Below are positions 41,739-51,121 of a stretch of DNA of 64,000 nucleotides, one piece after another. The stretch covers positions 224,001 through 288,000 of the forward strand of contig CAXXVS010000002.1 in assembly GCA_963674755.2 (NCBI GenBank), given 5' to 3'. Source of the DNA: Desulfobacterales bacterium. Its GTDB lineage: Bacteria; Desulfobacterota; Desulfobacteria; Desulfobacterales; UBA5852. The notes under the pieces are model-generated. The model saw only the letters and a list, made by a program, of their open reading frames with translations, was not told the origin of the DNA and made no database searches. The position numbers and the translations under genes are program-made. Every line of letters starts with the position of its first letter. Position 1 is the stretch's first letter.

Positions 41739-42674
41739 TCAGTAGCCGTAGTTGACCGGATAGGCGTAGTCGAAAGCCGCCTCCAGATTGCGGAAGGTGG
41801 CATAGCCGAAGCGTTCGATGTAGTGCTGGATGTAGGCACTGCGGTCGGCAATGTCGTACACCCACTCCTTGAGAAACGCGGCCAGTCCCTCTTCGGTATT
41901 CGAAGCCTGCTGGTAGAGATACCCCATGGAGAAATCGACATCGTAAAACCCGGGCGTGTAGGCCGGATGCGCACCATAAGGCTCTTCTACCACCGCCACG
42001 ACTTTGAAAGAGGGCACGATCGTGCGCGAGGGGTCTTTGCCGATGACCTCCCGGCTGACGATCCGCTCGCAGGTTACGATCACTTGCTTGGACGCATTGG
42101 CCCCCACCTGGCAGTCGCCGCCGATGCCCCAGATCTGGGCGTTGCCTTCCTCATCGGCCTGCTGGACATGAATGATGGCCACATCCGGGTTGAGGGCCGG
42201 CACCAGCAGGGTGGGGCGGCCGTCGAAGGGGGATTCGATGATCTTGTACTTGTTGTCCCCCATGAAGGATTTGACGTTTAAAAGGTCGCTGCCCAGCATA
42301 TCCTTGACCGCTACGAAGGGCATGCCCATGGCGCCGGCCTGGAGCATCATGGGCAGGGAGAGGTTGGTGTACTCCTCGACTTCCACCTTGTGGGGAATCC
42401 CCTGCTCGATCGAACGCCGATAACATCGCCCTAGGCCGTAAATGCCAAGGGACAGGAAGGTGGCGAAGAACCGCTTGACCAGTCCCGCACCGATGAGCAT
42501 GTCAAAATCGTCCGCGGCGTTGCTGCGGGCAATGGTGAGGTCGCCGATCTTCTGGCGGATGATTTCGTGGATGGCTGAAAAGGGTGTCCGGCAGATGTAG
42601 CCGCCCAGAAAAAGAAAAGCTCCCGGATGCACGAACTGCTCAACGGCCTCCGCGGTGGTCATCACTTTGGTCAT
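41739..42674 (-). CDS. Family I CoA-transferase alpha subunit (GctA-like)
   Basis: EIIRQ, AGAMGMPF, GSD, SPF, PDVAIIHVQQAD..GN, PYGAHP. Confidence 0.88.
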   Translation of the reverse strand: MTKVMTTAEAVEQFVHPGAFLFLGGYICRTPFSAIHEIIRQKIGDLTIARSNAADDFDMLIGAGLVKRFFATFLSLGIYGLGRCYRRSIEQGIPHKVEVEEYTNLSLPMMLQAGAMGMPFVAVKDMLGSDLLNVKSFMGDNKYKIIESPFDGRPTLLVPALNPDVAIIHVQQADEEGNAQIWGIGGDCQVGANASKQVIVTCERIVSREVIGKDPSRTIVPSFKVVAVVEEPYGAHPAYTPGFYDVDFSMGYLYQQASNTEEGLAAFLKEWVYDIADRSAYIQHYIERFGYATFRNLEAAFDYAYPVNYGY

Positions 42675-42686
42675 GACAGGTTCTCC

Positions 42687-45068
42687 CTAGACGTCATAAC
42701 TGTGGCGTTGGATAATCTCATCCTGGGCGATATCGCTCAGGTTGACGAAAATGCCCGAATAGCCGCTGATGCGCACCACCAGGTCCCTGTAGCTGTCCGG
42801 ATCGGCCTGGGCCTGTTGCAGGGTCTCGCTGTCCACCATGTTGAACTGCACCTGCAGGCCGCCCTTTTTGAAGTAAGCCCGGATGAGGGTCAGCAGGTGG
42901 CTGCTGTTCACGGCTTTGCCGTCAAAGCGCATATTAAGGTTCAGCCCGTTGTAGACCCGGGTGAGGGGCAGCTTGGTGACCGAATTCATCACGGCGGTCG
43001 GCCCGGACACGGCCCGCCCTTCGCTGGGCGTAATCCCGTTGCCCAGGACCGCCCCGGCATAGCGGCCGTCCGGGGTGGCGCCGGTGAAGGCCCCCATGGA
43101 GATGTGGAACCCCACCGAGAAAATCCCCGGCCAGAACCGGCCATGGCGGAAGTTTTTGTGCTTTTCCAGGGTATCGCAAAAGTGATTCATCACCCGGACG
43201 GCCATGCCGTCCACGGCATCGTCGTCGTTACCGTATTTGGCCACTTTATTCAGGAAGTAGGCCCGGGCCTTCTCCGCATCCATCCAGTCGTCGGACAGCC
43301 ACTCGGCCACCTGGCCCAACGTGTAGCGCCCCTCATCGAACACGGCCGTTTTCAGGGCGTAGAGACTGTCCGCCAGGTTGGAAAAGCCTTGCAGCTGTAC
43401 CCCGGTGGAATTGTAGATGGCCCCGCCGCGGGTCAGATCCAGCCCTTTTTCCAGGGGGCCGTCGATCATGGCCGACGCAAAGGGCGAGGGGACTTTCTCG
43501 GCAATGGCCCGATCCAGGCAGGTAATGCCTTTGACCATCTGGGCGATGAAATGGCGCAGCTGGGCATCGTAGGCCTGCCACAGCGTTTCAAAATCCTTGA
43601 ACTGGGCCGGATCCCCGGTCTTCAGGCCCGATTCGTACCCGAAGATGTTGTCCACCCCGTTGGCCAGGGCAAACTCCAGACACTTGATGCCGCTCAACTG
43701 CACCGCAAAAGTCGAGCCGAAAGTTTTGCCCTGGGCATTGGGTTCCAGGCACCCCACCACACCATAGTCCCGGGCATCTTCCAGGCTGTGCCCCCCGGCC
43801 ACCAGGGATTTGACAATTTGCTCATCATTGAAAAAGTGCAGGAGAACCCCGTCTTTGGCATATTTCACCGCCCGGGCGAAAAACAGGTCAGGGGCCTTGC
43901 CGGACAAGCGGACACCGAAATTGGGCTGAACGGTCCGCACCTGGGCATAGGCATCCAGGGCCAGGGTGCTCAGGGCATTGGTGGCATCGCGCCCCTGCCG
44001 GTCGAGACCGCCCACCACCACATTCTGGGTCGTCTTGCCTTCGGTGCCTTCCCCTCCCGGAATGTAGGCCTCTTCCAGCACATTCCAGATTTCATTGGTT
44101 TTCAGAAACAGCATGGCCAGCAGCTCCCGGGCCTCGCCCGGATCGATGCGGCCGGCGGCCAGATCGGCTTGATAATAGGGCCAGAGGATCTGGTCGATAC
44201 GACCCAGGGATACGGAATTGCCGCCCGATTCGATCTGGGCCACCAGATGAATGAAATAGAGCGCCTGGACCGCTTCATGAAAGGTGCGGGCCGGATGTTC
44301 CGGGACCCGGCGGCAGACGGCGGCCATCTGTTCGAGCTCGGTCCTCCGCCCCGGATCCTTTTCACGCCGGGCCAGTTCGACGGCATGGTCCGCATAGCGC
44401 CGGGCAAAGGTCACCGTGGCCGCCAGTGAACGGATGACGGCATCGTAGAAGAACCCTTTGGTTCCCTGCTGTTCAGCTTGCGGAAGCGCTGCCCGCTTGT
44501 CACGGGCCGCTGCCATGATCCCCGCCAGACCCTGCGCCAGGACCCGGCTGTGATTCATGGTGAAATGGCCGATGCCGTAGGTGATTTCGAGCATGAAGGT
44601 GAAAATGTACTTGTCCATATCCGCCATGACATCATCCGGCAGGGCTTCCTCGAAACCGACTTCCACGCAACGCTCTTCCCAGAAGGGGAGAATGTCTTCG
44701 AGCAGCTCCCTTTTCTCCGCTTCGGTAATCAGGGCCCGCTGCACTTCACGCCGGTCGAAATTTTCGACATCGCCCTCCAGCCAGCGGGCCTTGTTCTCCG
44801 GAAACAGGGGCGCTCCCTTCAACTTGGCGGTGCGGCACCCGACGATACGCTCCTCGGCACGGATGATCACGCTGATGCTGCCAAGGATCTCTTCCAGGGC
44901 CTTGCTCATGCGGGTCAGCGGGTCCCGGTCCCAGTTGGCGCGCATGGCCCGTGTCAGGTAGCGGGCCCGCTCCACGCAAACCTCCTGGGGCGCATCGATG
45001 ATGCGTTGCCTGAGGCGTCCGATGCGGCTATTTGGCGTTCGATCCGGTGTAACGAGTGCGGTTTCCAT
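42687..45068 (-). CDS. Glycyl radical enzyme (PFL-like, unassigned subfamily)
   Basis: ERAR, PARTFHEAVQ, SLGRIDQ, QPN, Cys loop VGCLEP, KYGNDD, ATPDGR, Gly loop LVVRISGYS; start taken at METALV. Confidence 0.93.
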   Translation of the reverse strand: METALVTPDRTPNSRIGRLRQRIIDAPQEVCVERARYLTRAMRANWDRDPLTRMSKALEEILGSISVIIRAEERIVGCRTAKLKGAPLFPENKARWLEGDVENFDRREVQRALITEAEKRELLEDILPFWEERCVEVGFEEALPDDVMADMDKYIFTFMLEITYGIGHFTMNHSRVLAQGLAGIMAAARDKRAALPQAEQQGTKGFFYDAVIRSLAATVTFARRYADHAVELARREKDPGRRTELEQMAAVCRRVPEHPARTFHEAVQALYFIHLVAQIESGGNSVSLGRIDQILWPYYQADLAAGRIDPGEARELLAMLFLKTNEIWNVLEEAYIPGGEGTEGKTTQNVVVGGLDRQGRDATNALSTLALDAYAQVRTVQPNFGVRLSGKAPDLFFARAVKYAKDGVLLHFFNDEQIVKSLVAGGHSLEDARDYGVVGCLEPNAQGKTFGSTFAVQLSGIKCLEFALANGVDNIFGYESGLKTGDPAQFKDFETLWQAYDAQLRHFIAQMVKGITCLDRAIAEKVPSPFASAMIDGPLEKGLDLTRGGAIYNSTGVQLQGFSNLADSLYALKTAVFDEGRYTLGQVAEWLSDDWMDAEKARAYFLNKVAKYGNDDDAVDGMAVRVMNHFCDTLEKHKNFRHGRFWPGIFSVGFHISMGAFTGATPDGRYAGAVLGNGITPSEGRAVSGPTAVMNSVTKLPLTRVYNGLNLNMRFDGKAVNSSHLLTLIRAYFKKGGLQVQFNMVDSETLQQAQADPDSYRDLVVRISGYSGIFVNLSDIAQDEIIQRHSYDV

Positions 45069-45117
45069 GGGGTCCTCCCACATTCCTTGATGAATCCCTG
45101 AGAAGTAAACATTCCGG

Positions 45118-45592
45118 CGGTTTCGTAAAACGTCCGAGATCAAAGCTTGCGGATCTCGAGGAGGGAGGCGTACGTTTCGTACGCCGCACTGACGAGAGAT
45201 TCGCGTAACGCTGATCTTTAGTTTCGATCTAAGCCCTCCACTTCCGGTGGAATACCCGGAGAGGTTCTACCGATCCGGGGTGCTTTTTTATAAGCGGATT
45301 CTTCATTTTCTTGCGCGTGCAAGAAAACGGAAACAAAAGAAAACGCCCGTGTCTCGCTTAACCCTGCGCGTCGTCGACACGTCCGGAGCGCGCGGAAACT
45401 CGCTTCGCTCAGACAGTCCGCGCACTTTTATCCGGCCGCATCGCCGATGCTCGGCGCGGGACAAAGGGAAATTCAAAACCAAAACCTCAAAAACTGTTTT
45501 CAAGCCCCCTTCGAAGGGGCTTCCTGAGGCCTCCCGCTAAGCGGGAGGAGGCGCACTCCCCCTCCCCAGGGGAAGCACGTTTTACGAAACCG
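45118..45592. mobile_element. MITE-like element with a 16-bp perfect terminal inverted repeat and a nested repeat
   Basis: CGGTTTCGTAAAACGT (45118-45133) / ACGTTTTACGAAACCG (45577-45592); inner palindromes GGCGTACGTTTCGTACGCC and TTTTCTTGCGCGTGCAAGAAAA. Confidence 0.7.
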
Positions 45593-46423
45593 TCACGCCT
45601 TGATATTCATATGGTTGAGCAGAATCATATCCCGGATGCGCTTGGGCAGGATCCAGTTCAGAAATAGAAAAAAAGAACTCATAAAATCCACCTGGTTGTG
45701 GAGTTTGGGCTTGTCCGCCAGCAGCACCTTGACGATTCGATCCGCCGCCTGGGCGGGCGTCGTAGCGTTCTTGATGAGGTCATTGTCACGGTCGATAAAC
45801 CTCCGGGCACGCTCCCGGTAGGGCGAGCCTTCCGGCGGCAGCTTGTGGATCTTGGCCGCAAAGCCGGTGGATACCTGGGCCGGCTCGATGAGCGCCACTT
45901 GCAGGCCGAAAGGCGCGACTTCGTATTGAAGGGCTTCGGCCATGCCTTCGATGGCAAACTTGCTGGCCGTATAAATGGATTCGAAGGGGAAGGGGACCAC
46001 TCCCACCAGGGAAGACATGGCAACCAGTTTGCCGGCCTTTTGCTGCCGCATGGCGGGAATAAACGCCTGGAAGATGGACGCGGCCCCGATCACGTTGATC
46101 TCGAGGCACTTGAGCGCTTTTTCGAGATCGATCTCTTCGAAAGGGCCGAAGAAGCCAATGCCCACATTGGACAAAACCGTGTCCACCCGCCCGAATTTCG
46201 CAAGGACGTCATCCCGAAAGCGCAACACCTCCTCGCGATGCGTAATATCCAGGGCGACGAGGTGGTGTTCGACGCCAAGGCCGTCCAGTTCCTCTCTGAG
46301 GGCCTCCAGTTCGGCGGCATCCAGGTCGAAGCCCGCGATACGGCTGCCGCGCTTGGCCAAACGGAGGGCCACATCGCGGCCCATCCCCTGGGCCAGACCG
46401 GTAATGACGATAACCTGCCCCAT
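45593..46423 (-). CDS. Short-chain dehydrogenase/reductase
   Basis: ITGLAQGMG, NVG, SS, YTASK, EP. Confidence 0.9.
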   Translation of the reverse strand: MGQVIVITGLAQGMGRDVALRLAKRGSRIAGFDLDAAELEALREELDGLGVEHHLVALDITHREEVLRFRDDVLAKFGRVDTVLSNVGIGFFGPFEEIDLEKALKCLEINVIGAASIFQAFIPAMRQQKAGKLVAMSSLVGVVPFPFESIYTASKFAIEGMAEALQYEVAPFGLQVALIEPAQVSTGFAAKIHKLPPEGSPYRERARRFIDRDNDLIKNATTPAQAADRIVKVLLADKPKLHNQVDFMSSFFLFLNWILPKRIRDMILLNHMNIKA

Positions 46424-46445
46424 TTTACCCCCTTTTGGAAAACGA

Positions 46446-47435
46446 TCAGTGGGCCTGTCGATACCAGGCGCGCATCTGATTCATGGATACCTTGAAATCG
46501 GGATACGCCAGCCTGAAGCCCGTTGCTTTCAGCTTCGTGGTATCGACGATATAGTCGTCGTACAGGAATGCGGTGGCGTCGTACTCGAGGTCCGGAATTT
46601 TGTCGCACAGGCCGGCGAAAAACCCGCCGATACGGGCCGCTGTCCGCACGACGGACAGCGGCAGGTGCCGGGTCGGCGGACGGGTGCCGAATGTTTTCGC
46701 CGCCAGGGTCAGGGCTTCTTCCAGCGTCGGATTGGTATCTTCGGCCAGGTTGTAGGCTTGGCCACGGGCTTCATCCTGCAGGGAAAGGTGCAGCAGGGCC
46801 CCTGCCACATCTTCCGCCCGGATATTCGCCAATCGCTGACGGCCGCTCCCGGGTATCGCCCCGATGGAACTCGGCCTGGAAAATACTTTCCCGGCCCCGT
46901 CGTTGCAGCGGGGTCCGTATACCGTACAGGGCCGGGCAATCACGGCCGGCAGACCCTCCTCGATCCTGCCGAAAATGACATCTTCGCCATTTTTCTTGCT
47001 CCGCCCATAATCATTGCAGGGTTCGCGCGGGTCGTCCTCCCGGAAAGGGCGGCCGCGGTAGCGGCCGTAGACGCTCGTGGAGGTCACATGAATGAAACTG
47101 TGCACGCCTTTCTCCAGCGCCAGCCCCGACAGGGTTTTCACCCCGTCCACGTTGGTGGGACGCAGCTTTGAATAGGGGGTGGAAAAGTTGCAGATGGCGC
47201 CCAGGTGAAACACACGGTCCACCGGCCCTTCGAAAAGAGCCGGCAGGGTTTCCGGCCGGGTCAGATCAGCCCCGACATATTCGACGCCCAGCCGGTCAAA
47301 AAACGAGGTATCCTTCCGGGGCCGGGAGGTTGCCCGGACCTGAATTCCCGCTTTGACCAGATGTTCAACCAGGTGGCTGCCCATAAAACCGGCCGCACCC
47401 GTTACGAGAGAAATGCCGTCCAAAACCATTTTCAA
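46446..47435 (-). CDS. NAD-dependent epimerase/dehydratase (extended SDR)
   Basis: VTGAAGFMG, NVDG, STSVYG, YGRSK, RPCTVYGP. Confidence 0.9.
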   Translation of the reverse strand: MKMVLDGISLVTGAAGFMGSHLVEHLVKAGIQVRATSRPRKDTSFFDRLGVEYVGADLTRPETLPALFEGPVDRVFHLGAICNFSTPYSKLRPTNVDGVKTLSGLALEKGVHSFIHVTSTSVYGRYRGRPFREDDPREPCNDYGRSKKNGEDVIFGRIEEGLPAVIARPCTVYGPRCNDGAGKVFSRPSSIGAIPGSGRQRLANIRAEDVAGALLHLSLQDEARGQAYNLAEDTNPTLEEALTLAAKTFGTRPPTRHLPLSVVRTAARIGGFFAGLCDKIPDLEYDATAFLYDDYIVDTTKLKATGFRLAYPDFKVSMNQMRAWYRQAH

Positions 47436-47446
47436 TCTCCGCCCAA

Positions 47447-48040
47447 TCAGAAAAGCGCTTCATCTTCGGTCAAGGAAAGACAGGCCTGGTCCTCGTTCTC
47501 CCGTTCCGCCTCCAGCAGCTCCTGACGGGCATGCTTGAGCCAGTCCAGAAACACTTCATTCATACGAACGCCCAGCTCGGCCATGAGCTTTACATAGGTG
47601 CCCCTGTGCTCCCAGCGCTGAAGATTGACATAGCGGCGCGCCAACTGCTTCTCGTAAGCTTTCAGTTGTTCTTCAATCAGTTCACCGGCGCGATCCTTAT
47701 CGCCAAACCCGAAAAATACGAACCGCATTAAAAAGGGGTCGCGCAGGATCATGCTGCCTTCCGGTGATTGGGCCAGCCAACCCCGGAAAGCCTCCTTGCC
47801 GGCCGTGGTGATGGCGTAGCGCTTGCGGGGCGGGCCTTTTTCACCCATGCGGACCTCTTCCTCCATCGAAATAAGGCCCTCGGCCCTCAGCTTTTTAAGG
47901 TTGGGATAGATCTGACCATAGTTGATGGTCCACATGTGACCGAAATGCTCTTCTATCACTTCTTTGATGCGATACCCGTGCAGGTCGCGGTAGTGCAGGA
48001 GCCCCAGTATGGTATATTTGATGGACATTTTCCCCGTCAT
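47447..48040 (-). CDS. PadR family regulator
   Basis: ILGLL, HGY, W...GQIYP.LK.L, RKRYAIT..G. Confidence 0.92.
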   Translation of the reverse strand: MTGKMSIKYTILGLLHYRDLHGYRIKEVIEEHFGHMWTINYGQIYPNLKKLRAEGLISMEEEVRMGEKGPPRKRYAITTAGKEAFRGWLAQSPEGSMILRDPFLMRFVFFGFGDKDRAGELIEEQLKAYEKQLARRYVNLQRWEHRGTYVKLMAELGVRMNEVFLDWLKHARQELLEAERENEDQACLSLTEDEALF

Positions 48041-48113
48041 TTCCAGCGGGTGCCTTTACCAGGTATCCGCTGACATCATTAGCTTGTTATGGAAGGGGTT
48101 ATTGCAATTATGA

Positions 48114-48158
48114 ATACAATATATTTTCTATATATATATTTTGTATATAATGAGTCAA
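48114..48158 (-). promoter_or_regulatory. Putative padR promoter/operator
   Basis: Imperfect AT palindrome ATACAATATAT...ATATTTTGTAT next to a minus-strand TTGACT. Confidence 0.45.
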
Positions 48159-48336
48159 GAGCTTTTAGGGCAAGGTTTGGTATTCAGAGGCTTCCATCTG
48201 AAAGTATTGAGGAGCGCCGCGCGTCAATATACCGTCGACAATGTCATGTGCGACAGTGACAAACACTTCGATTCGGTTCTAATCCGCTGATCATTTGAGC
48301 TCCAAAAAGTCGGATCCAGGGAAAGAGGCTACGAGC

Positions 48337-48753
48337 GTGCTTGAACTTGCGATTGCAATTGCCGCGAAGGTCCACGCGGGAAAAGTGGACAAGGTCGGCG
48401 CGCCCTATATCCTCCACCCCCGTCGTGTGATGCTGAAAATGGAGACTTCCGAAGAGCAGATGGCCGCGGTTCTCCGCGATGTGGTCGAGGACAGCGACAC
48501 GACGCTCGATGATCTCAGAAACGAAGGCCTCGCGGACGCGGTTGTCGATGCGGTCGATGCCGTCACGATACGGTCCGGTGAGTTCTATGATGAATTCGTG
48601 CGGCGGGCAGCGCTCAAGCCAATCGGCAGGCGCGTGAAACTTGCCGACCTGGAGGACAACAGCGACCGGTCACGCATCGCCAATCCGACGGAAGAAAATG
48701 ACGGACGCCTTGCGAAGTACAAGCGCGCTATCCACACCATTCGTCACAACTGA
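48337..48753 (+). CDS. Small HD-domain protein (Mesh1/SAH-like) with an altered HD motif
   Basis: H.G.VDK.G.PYILHP, VLRDVVED (normally HD), VKLADLEDN. Confidence 0.75.
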   Translation: MLELAIAIAAKVHAGKVDKVGAPYILHPRRVMLKMETSEEQMAAVLRDVVEDSDTTLDDLRNEGLADAVVDAVDAVTIRSGEFYDEFVRRAALKPIGRRVKLADLEDNSDRSRIANPTEENDGRLAKYKRAIHTIRHN

Positions 48754-48783
48754 TTGACATTATGTTGTTTATTTTAGTATCAA
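48754..48783 (+). promoter_or_regulatory. Putative sigma70 promoter of the riboswitch transcript
   Basis: TTGACA at 48754; TAGTAT/TATCAA at 48775-48783 (spacing not ideal). Confidence 0.45.
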
Positions 48784-48787
48784 CGAC

Positions 48788-48868
48788 AAAGCATGACAAC
48801 ACCAAACCCGGTGGGAACCGGGGACGTAAAGCCACGGGTCCGAAGGGGATGGCCAGGTTGCTGACGGA
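48788..48868 (+). ncRNA. GEMM-I cyclic dinucleotide riboswitch, GEMM-Ib (3',3'-cGAMP)-type signature
   Basis: GACAACACCAAA-CCCGGT-GGGA-ACCGGG-GACGTAAAGCCACGGGTCC...GGATGGCCAGGTTGCTGA: P2 with GNRA loop, GACGnAAAGCC junction, A at the G20-equivalent position. Confidence 0.85.
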
Positions 48869-48876
48869 TGGATTAG

Positions 48877-48912
48877 AAACCCGGGACCCGACTGGTCCGC
48901 GGGTTTTTTTTG
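48877..48912 (+). terminator. Intrinsic terminator (riboswitch expression platform)
   Basis: AAACCCGGGACC-CGACT-GGTCCGCGGG followed by a T-run. Confidence 0.75.
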
Positions 48913-49043
48913 TGGCATGCGCCTCAACTTCAACCTCGCCTTACAATCTCCCCGACTAAGAAGGGGCGACTGCCGCCGATGCGGCATTGCTTATTGGGCG
49001 AAAAAGTATTCCCCCACTGGTTCAGCTAAGGACTGAAAACACT

Positions 49044-50489
49044 GTGCCCCTCGACTACACCACCCTTGATCTGCTCCGTCGCAACAATCCGGCCTGGCGC
49101 CTGCTGCGGTCGGATCACGCACCGTTGGTGGTCAGCTTTTTCCAGCGGGTATTTGTCGACGCCAATGTGCGGTCGATCTCCCAGGCCGACCTGGTGGAAG
49201 CTCTCGAGGACGAACTGTTCGCCCTGCGGGAGCGCTTGGGGAATGACGCATTCCCCAAGTCGGCCCAGCAATATCTCAACGACTGGGCGGACAACGCAAA
49301 AGGGTGGCTGCGCAAGTTTTATCCCTCCGGGTCGGACGCCCCCCATTTCGACCTGACCCCCTCCACCGAGAAAGCGATTAGCTGGCTGGCGAGCCTGACC
49401 GAGCGCGCCTTTGTGGGAACGGAATCGCGCCTGCTGACCTTGTTCGAACTCCTGCGGCAGATGCGCGAGGGGACCGAGACCGATCCCGACACGCGTATTG
49501 CCGAACTGACCAGGCGGCGTGCCGAGATCGACGCGGACATCGCCAGGGTCGAAGCCGGCGAGGTTCCCGTACTGACCGACACAGCCCTCAAAGACCGTTT
49601 TCAACAGTTCCTCCAGATGGCTCGCGAGCTGCTCGCCGATTTCCGCGAGGTGGAACACAACTTTCGCCTCCTCGATCGCAAGGTCCGTGAGCGCATTGCG
49701 TTGTGGGACGGTACCAAGGGCGCATTGCTCGAAGAGATCATGGGGGAGCGGGATGCCATCGCCGATTCCGACCAGGGCAAGAGTTTTCACGCATTCTGGG
49801 ATTTTCTCATGTCCCAGCGTCGCCAGGAGGAGTTGACCCAACTTTTGGAGGACGTTTTGGATCTTCCGCCGGTGGCCGAGTTGAACCCCGACCCGCGCCT
49901 ACGTCGGGTCCACTACGACTGGCTCGAGGCCGGCGAGGTCACCCAGCGCACGGTGGCGCGTTTGTCCCAGCAGCAGCGGCGGTTTCTCGACGACAAGGCC
50001 TGGCTGGAGAACCGGCGTATCATGGACATCCTGCACGGCATCGAAGCCAAATCCCTGGAGGTCCGCGAAACCGCGCCTTCCGGCGATTTCATGCCGTTGG
50101 ACGACAGCGCGGTCACCGTCGATCTTCCCCTGGAGCGGCCCCTGTTCCGTCCGCCGGTCCGCCCGCAGATTGCCGACGTGGCGCTGGAACCAGGGGAGGG
50201 CGAGGTCGATGCCGCAGCCCTGTTCGCCCAGGTGGTGGTGGACCGGGAAGCGCTCGTGCGGCACCTCCGCCAGGCACTGCAGTCCCGCTCCCAGGTCAGT
50301 CTCGAAGAGCTGGTGGCAGCACGCCCCCTACGCCAGGGCTTGGCGGAGCTGATCGCCTACCTGCAGTTGGCCGGCGAATGGCCCCACGCCGTGGTGGACG
50401 AGCAAACCATTACGCGGATCCAATGGGAAATGGAAGGGGACACGGTGCGGCGGGCTTCCCTGCCACGGATCATCTTTGTGAGGGATTAA
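49044..50489 (+). CDS. jetA: Wadjet JetA (DUF3375)
   Basis: PAWRLLRSDHAP, W...GWLRK, FVGTESRL, SDQGKSF..FWDFL; operon order. Confidence 0.9.
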   Translation: MPLDYTTLDLLRRNNPAWRLLRSDHAPLVVSFFQRVFVDANVRSISQADLVEALEDELFALRERLGNDAFPKSAQQYLNDWADNAKGWLRKFYPSGSDAPHFDLTPSTEKAISWLASLTERAFVGTESRLLTLFELLRQMREGTETDPDTRIAELTRRRAEIDADIARVEAGEVPVLTDTALKDRFQQFLQMARELLADFREVEHNFRLLDRKVRERIALWDGTKGALLEEIMGERDAIADSDQGKSFHAFWDFLMSQRRQEELTQLLEDVLDLPPVAELNPDPRLRRVHYDWLEAGEVTQRTVARLSQQQRRFLDDKAWLENRRIMDILHGIEAKSLEVRETAPSGDFMPLDDSAVTVDLPLERPLFRPPVRPQIADVALEPGEGEVDAAALFAQVVVDREALVRHLRQALQSRSQVSLEELVAARPLRQGLAELIAYLQLAGEWPHAVVDEQTITRIQWEMEGDTVRRASLPRIIFVRD

Positions 50490-50491
50490 AA

Positions 50492-51121
50492 ATGGACGAT
50501 TTGGAACCCGCAGCGCAATCCCCTTCAAACGATCACAACCTCTCGGAGGTGGTTGTCCCCCTGCTCAAGGGCGTGCTCTACATGGCGGACAACCCGGCCC
50601 AGTGGAACGCCCTGCTGGACCTGCAGTTTCGCGTGCGCGACTATGTCGCCGTGCTCGGGCTGGAGCTGATGCTGGACGAGGCCGAAGGCTACGCCTACCT
50701 GCGGTCCTTCCCGGAGGAAGAGGGCCCCGACAGCCTCAAACGGCCGCGGCTGGTGGCCCGCCGGCAACTCTCCTTTCCGGTCAGCCTGCTGTTGGCCCTG
50801 TTGCGCAAGAAGCTGGCGGAGTTCGACGCGCGGGGCGGCGACACCCGCTTGATCCTCACGCGCGAGGAGATCGTGGAACTGATCCGGGTGTATCTGCCCG
50901 AGGGCACCAACGAAACCCGTTTGATCGACCAGGTCGGGACCCACCTGAACAAGGTCGCCGACCTCGGCTTTATCCGCCGCCTGCGGGGCCAGTCCAACAC
51001 GTTCGAGGTCCGCCGCATCCTCAAGGCCTTTGTGGATGCCCAGTGGCTGGCGGAATTCGATCAGCGCCTGGCCGATTACCGGCAGCACCTGACACAGACC
51101 GGGGAGGGGAACGATGGCTGA
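50492..51121 (+). CDS. jetB: Wadjet JetB (DUF4194)
   Basis: [41 protein letters not shown]. Confidence 0.9.
   Translation: MDDLEPAAQSPSNDHNLSEVVVPLLKGVLYMADNPAQWNALLDLQFRVRDYVAVLGLELMLDEAEGYAYLRSFPEEEGPDSLKRPRLVARRQLSFPVSLLLALLRKKLAEFDARGGDTRLILTREEIVELIRVYLPEGTNETRLIDQVGTHLNKVADLGFIRRLRGQSNTFEVRRILKAFVDAQWLAEFDQRLADYRQHLTQTGEGNDG

Noticed and set aside
42627..44429. 600-aa plus-strand ORF and similar long antisense ORFs (e.g. 16669-17874, 53117-54547)
   Set aside because: Shadow frames of real GC-rich genes with no recognisable motifs.
48762..48987. Short ORFs overlapping the riboswitch as a leader peptide
   Set aside because: No RBS, and the sequence is better explained as aptamer plus terminator.
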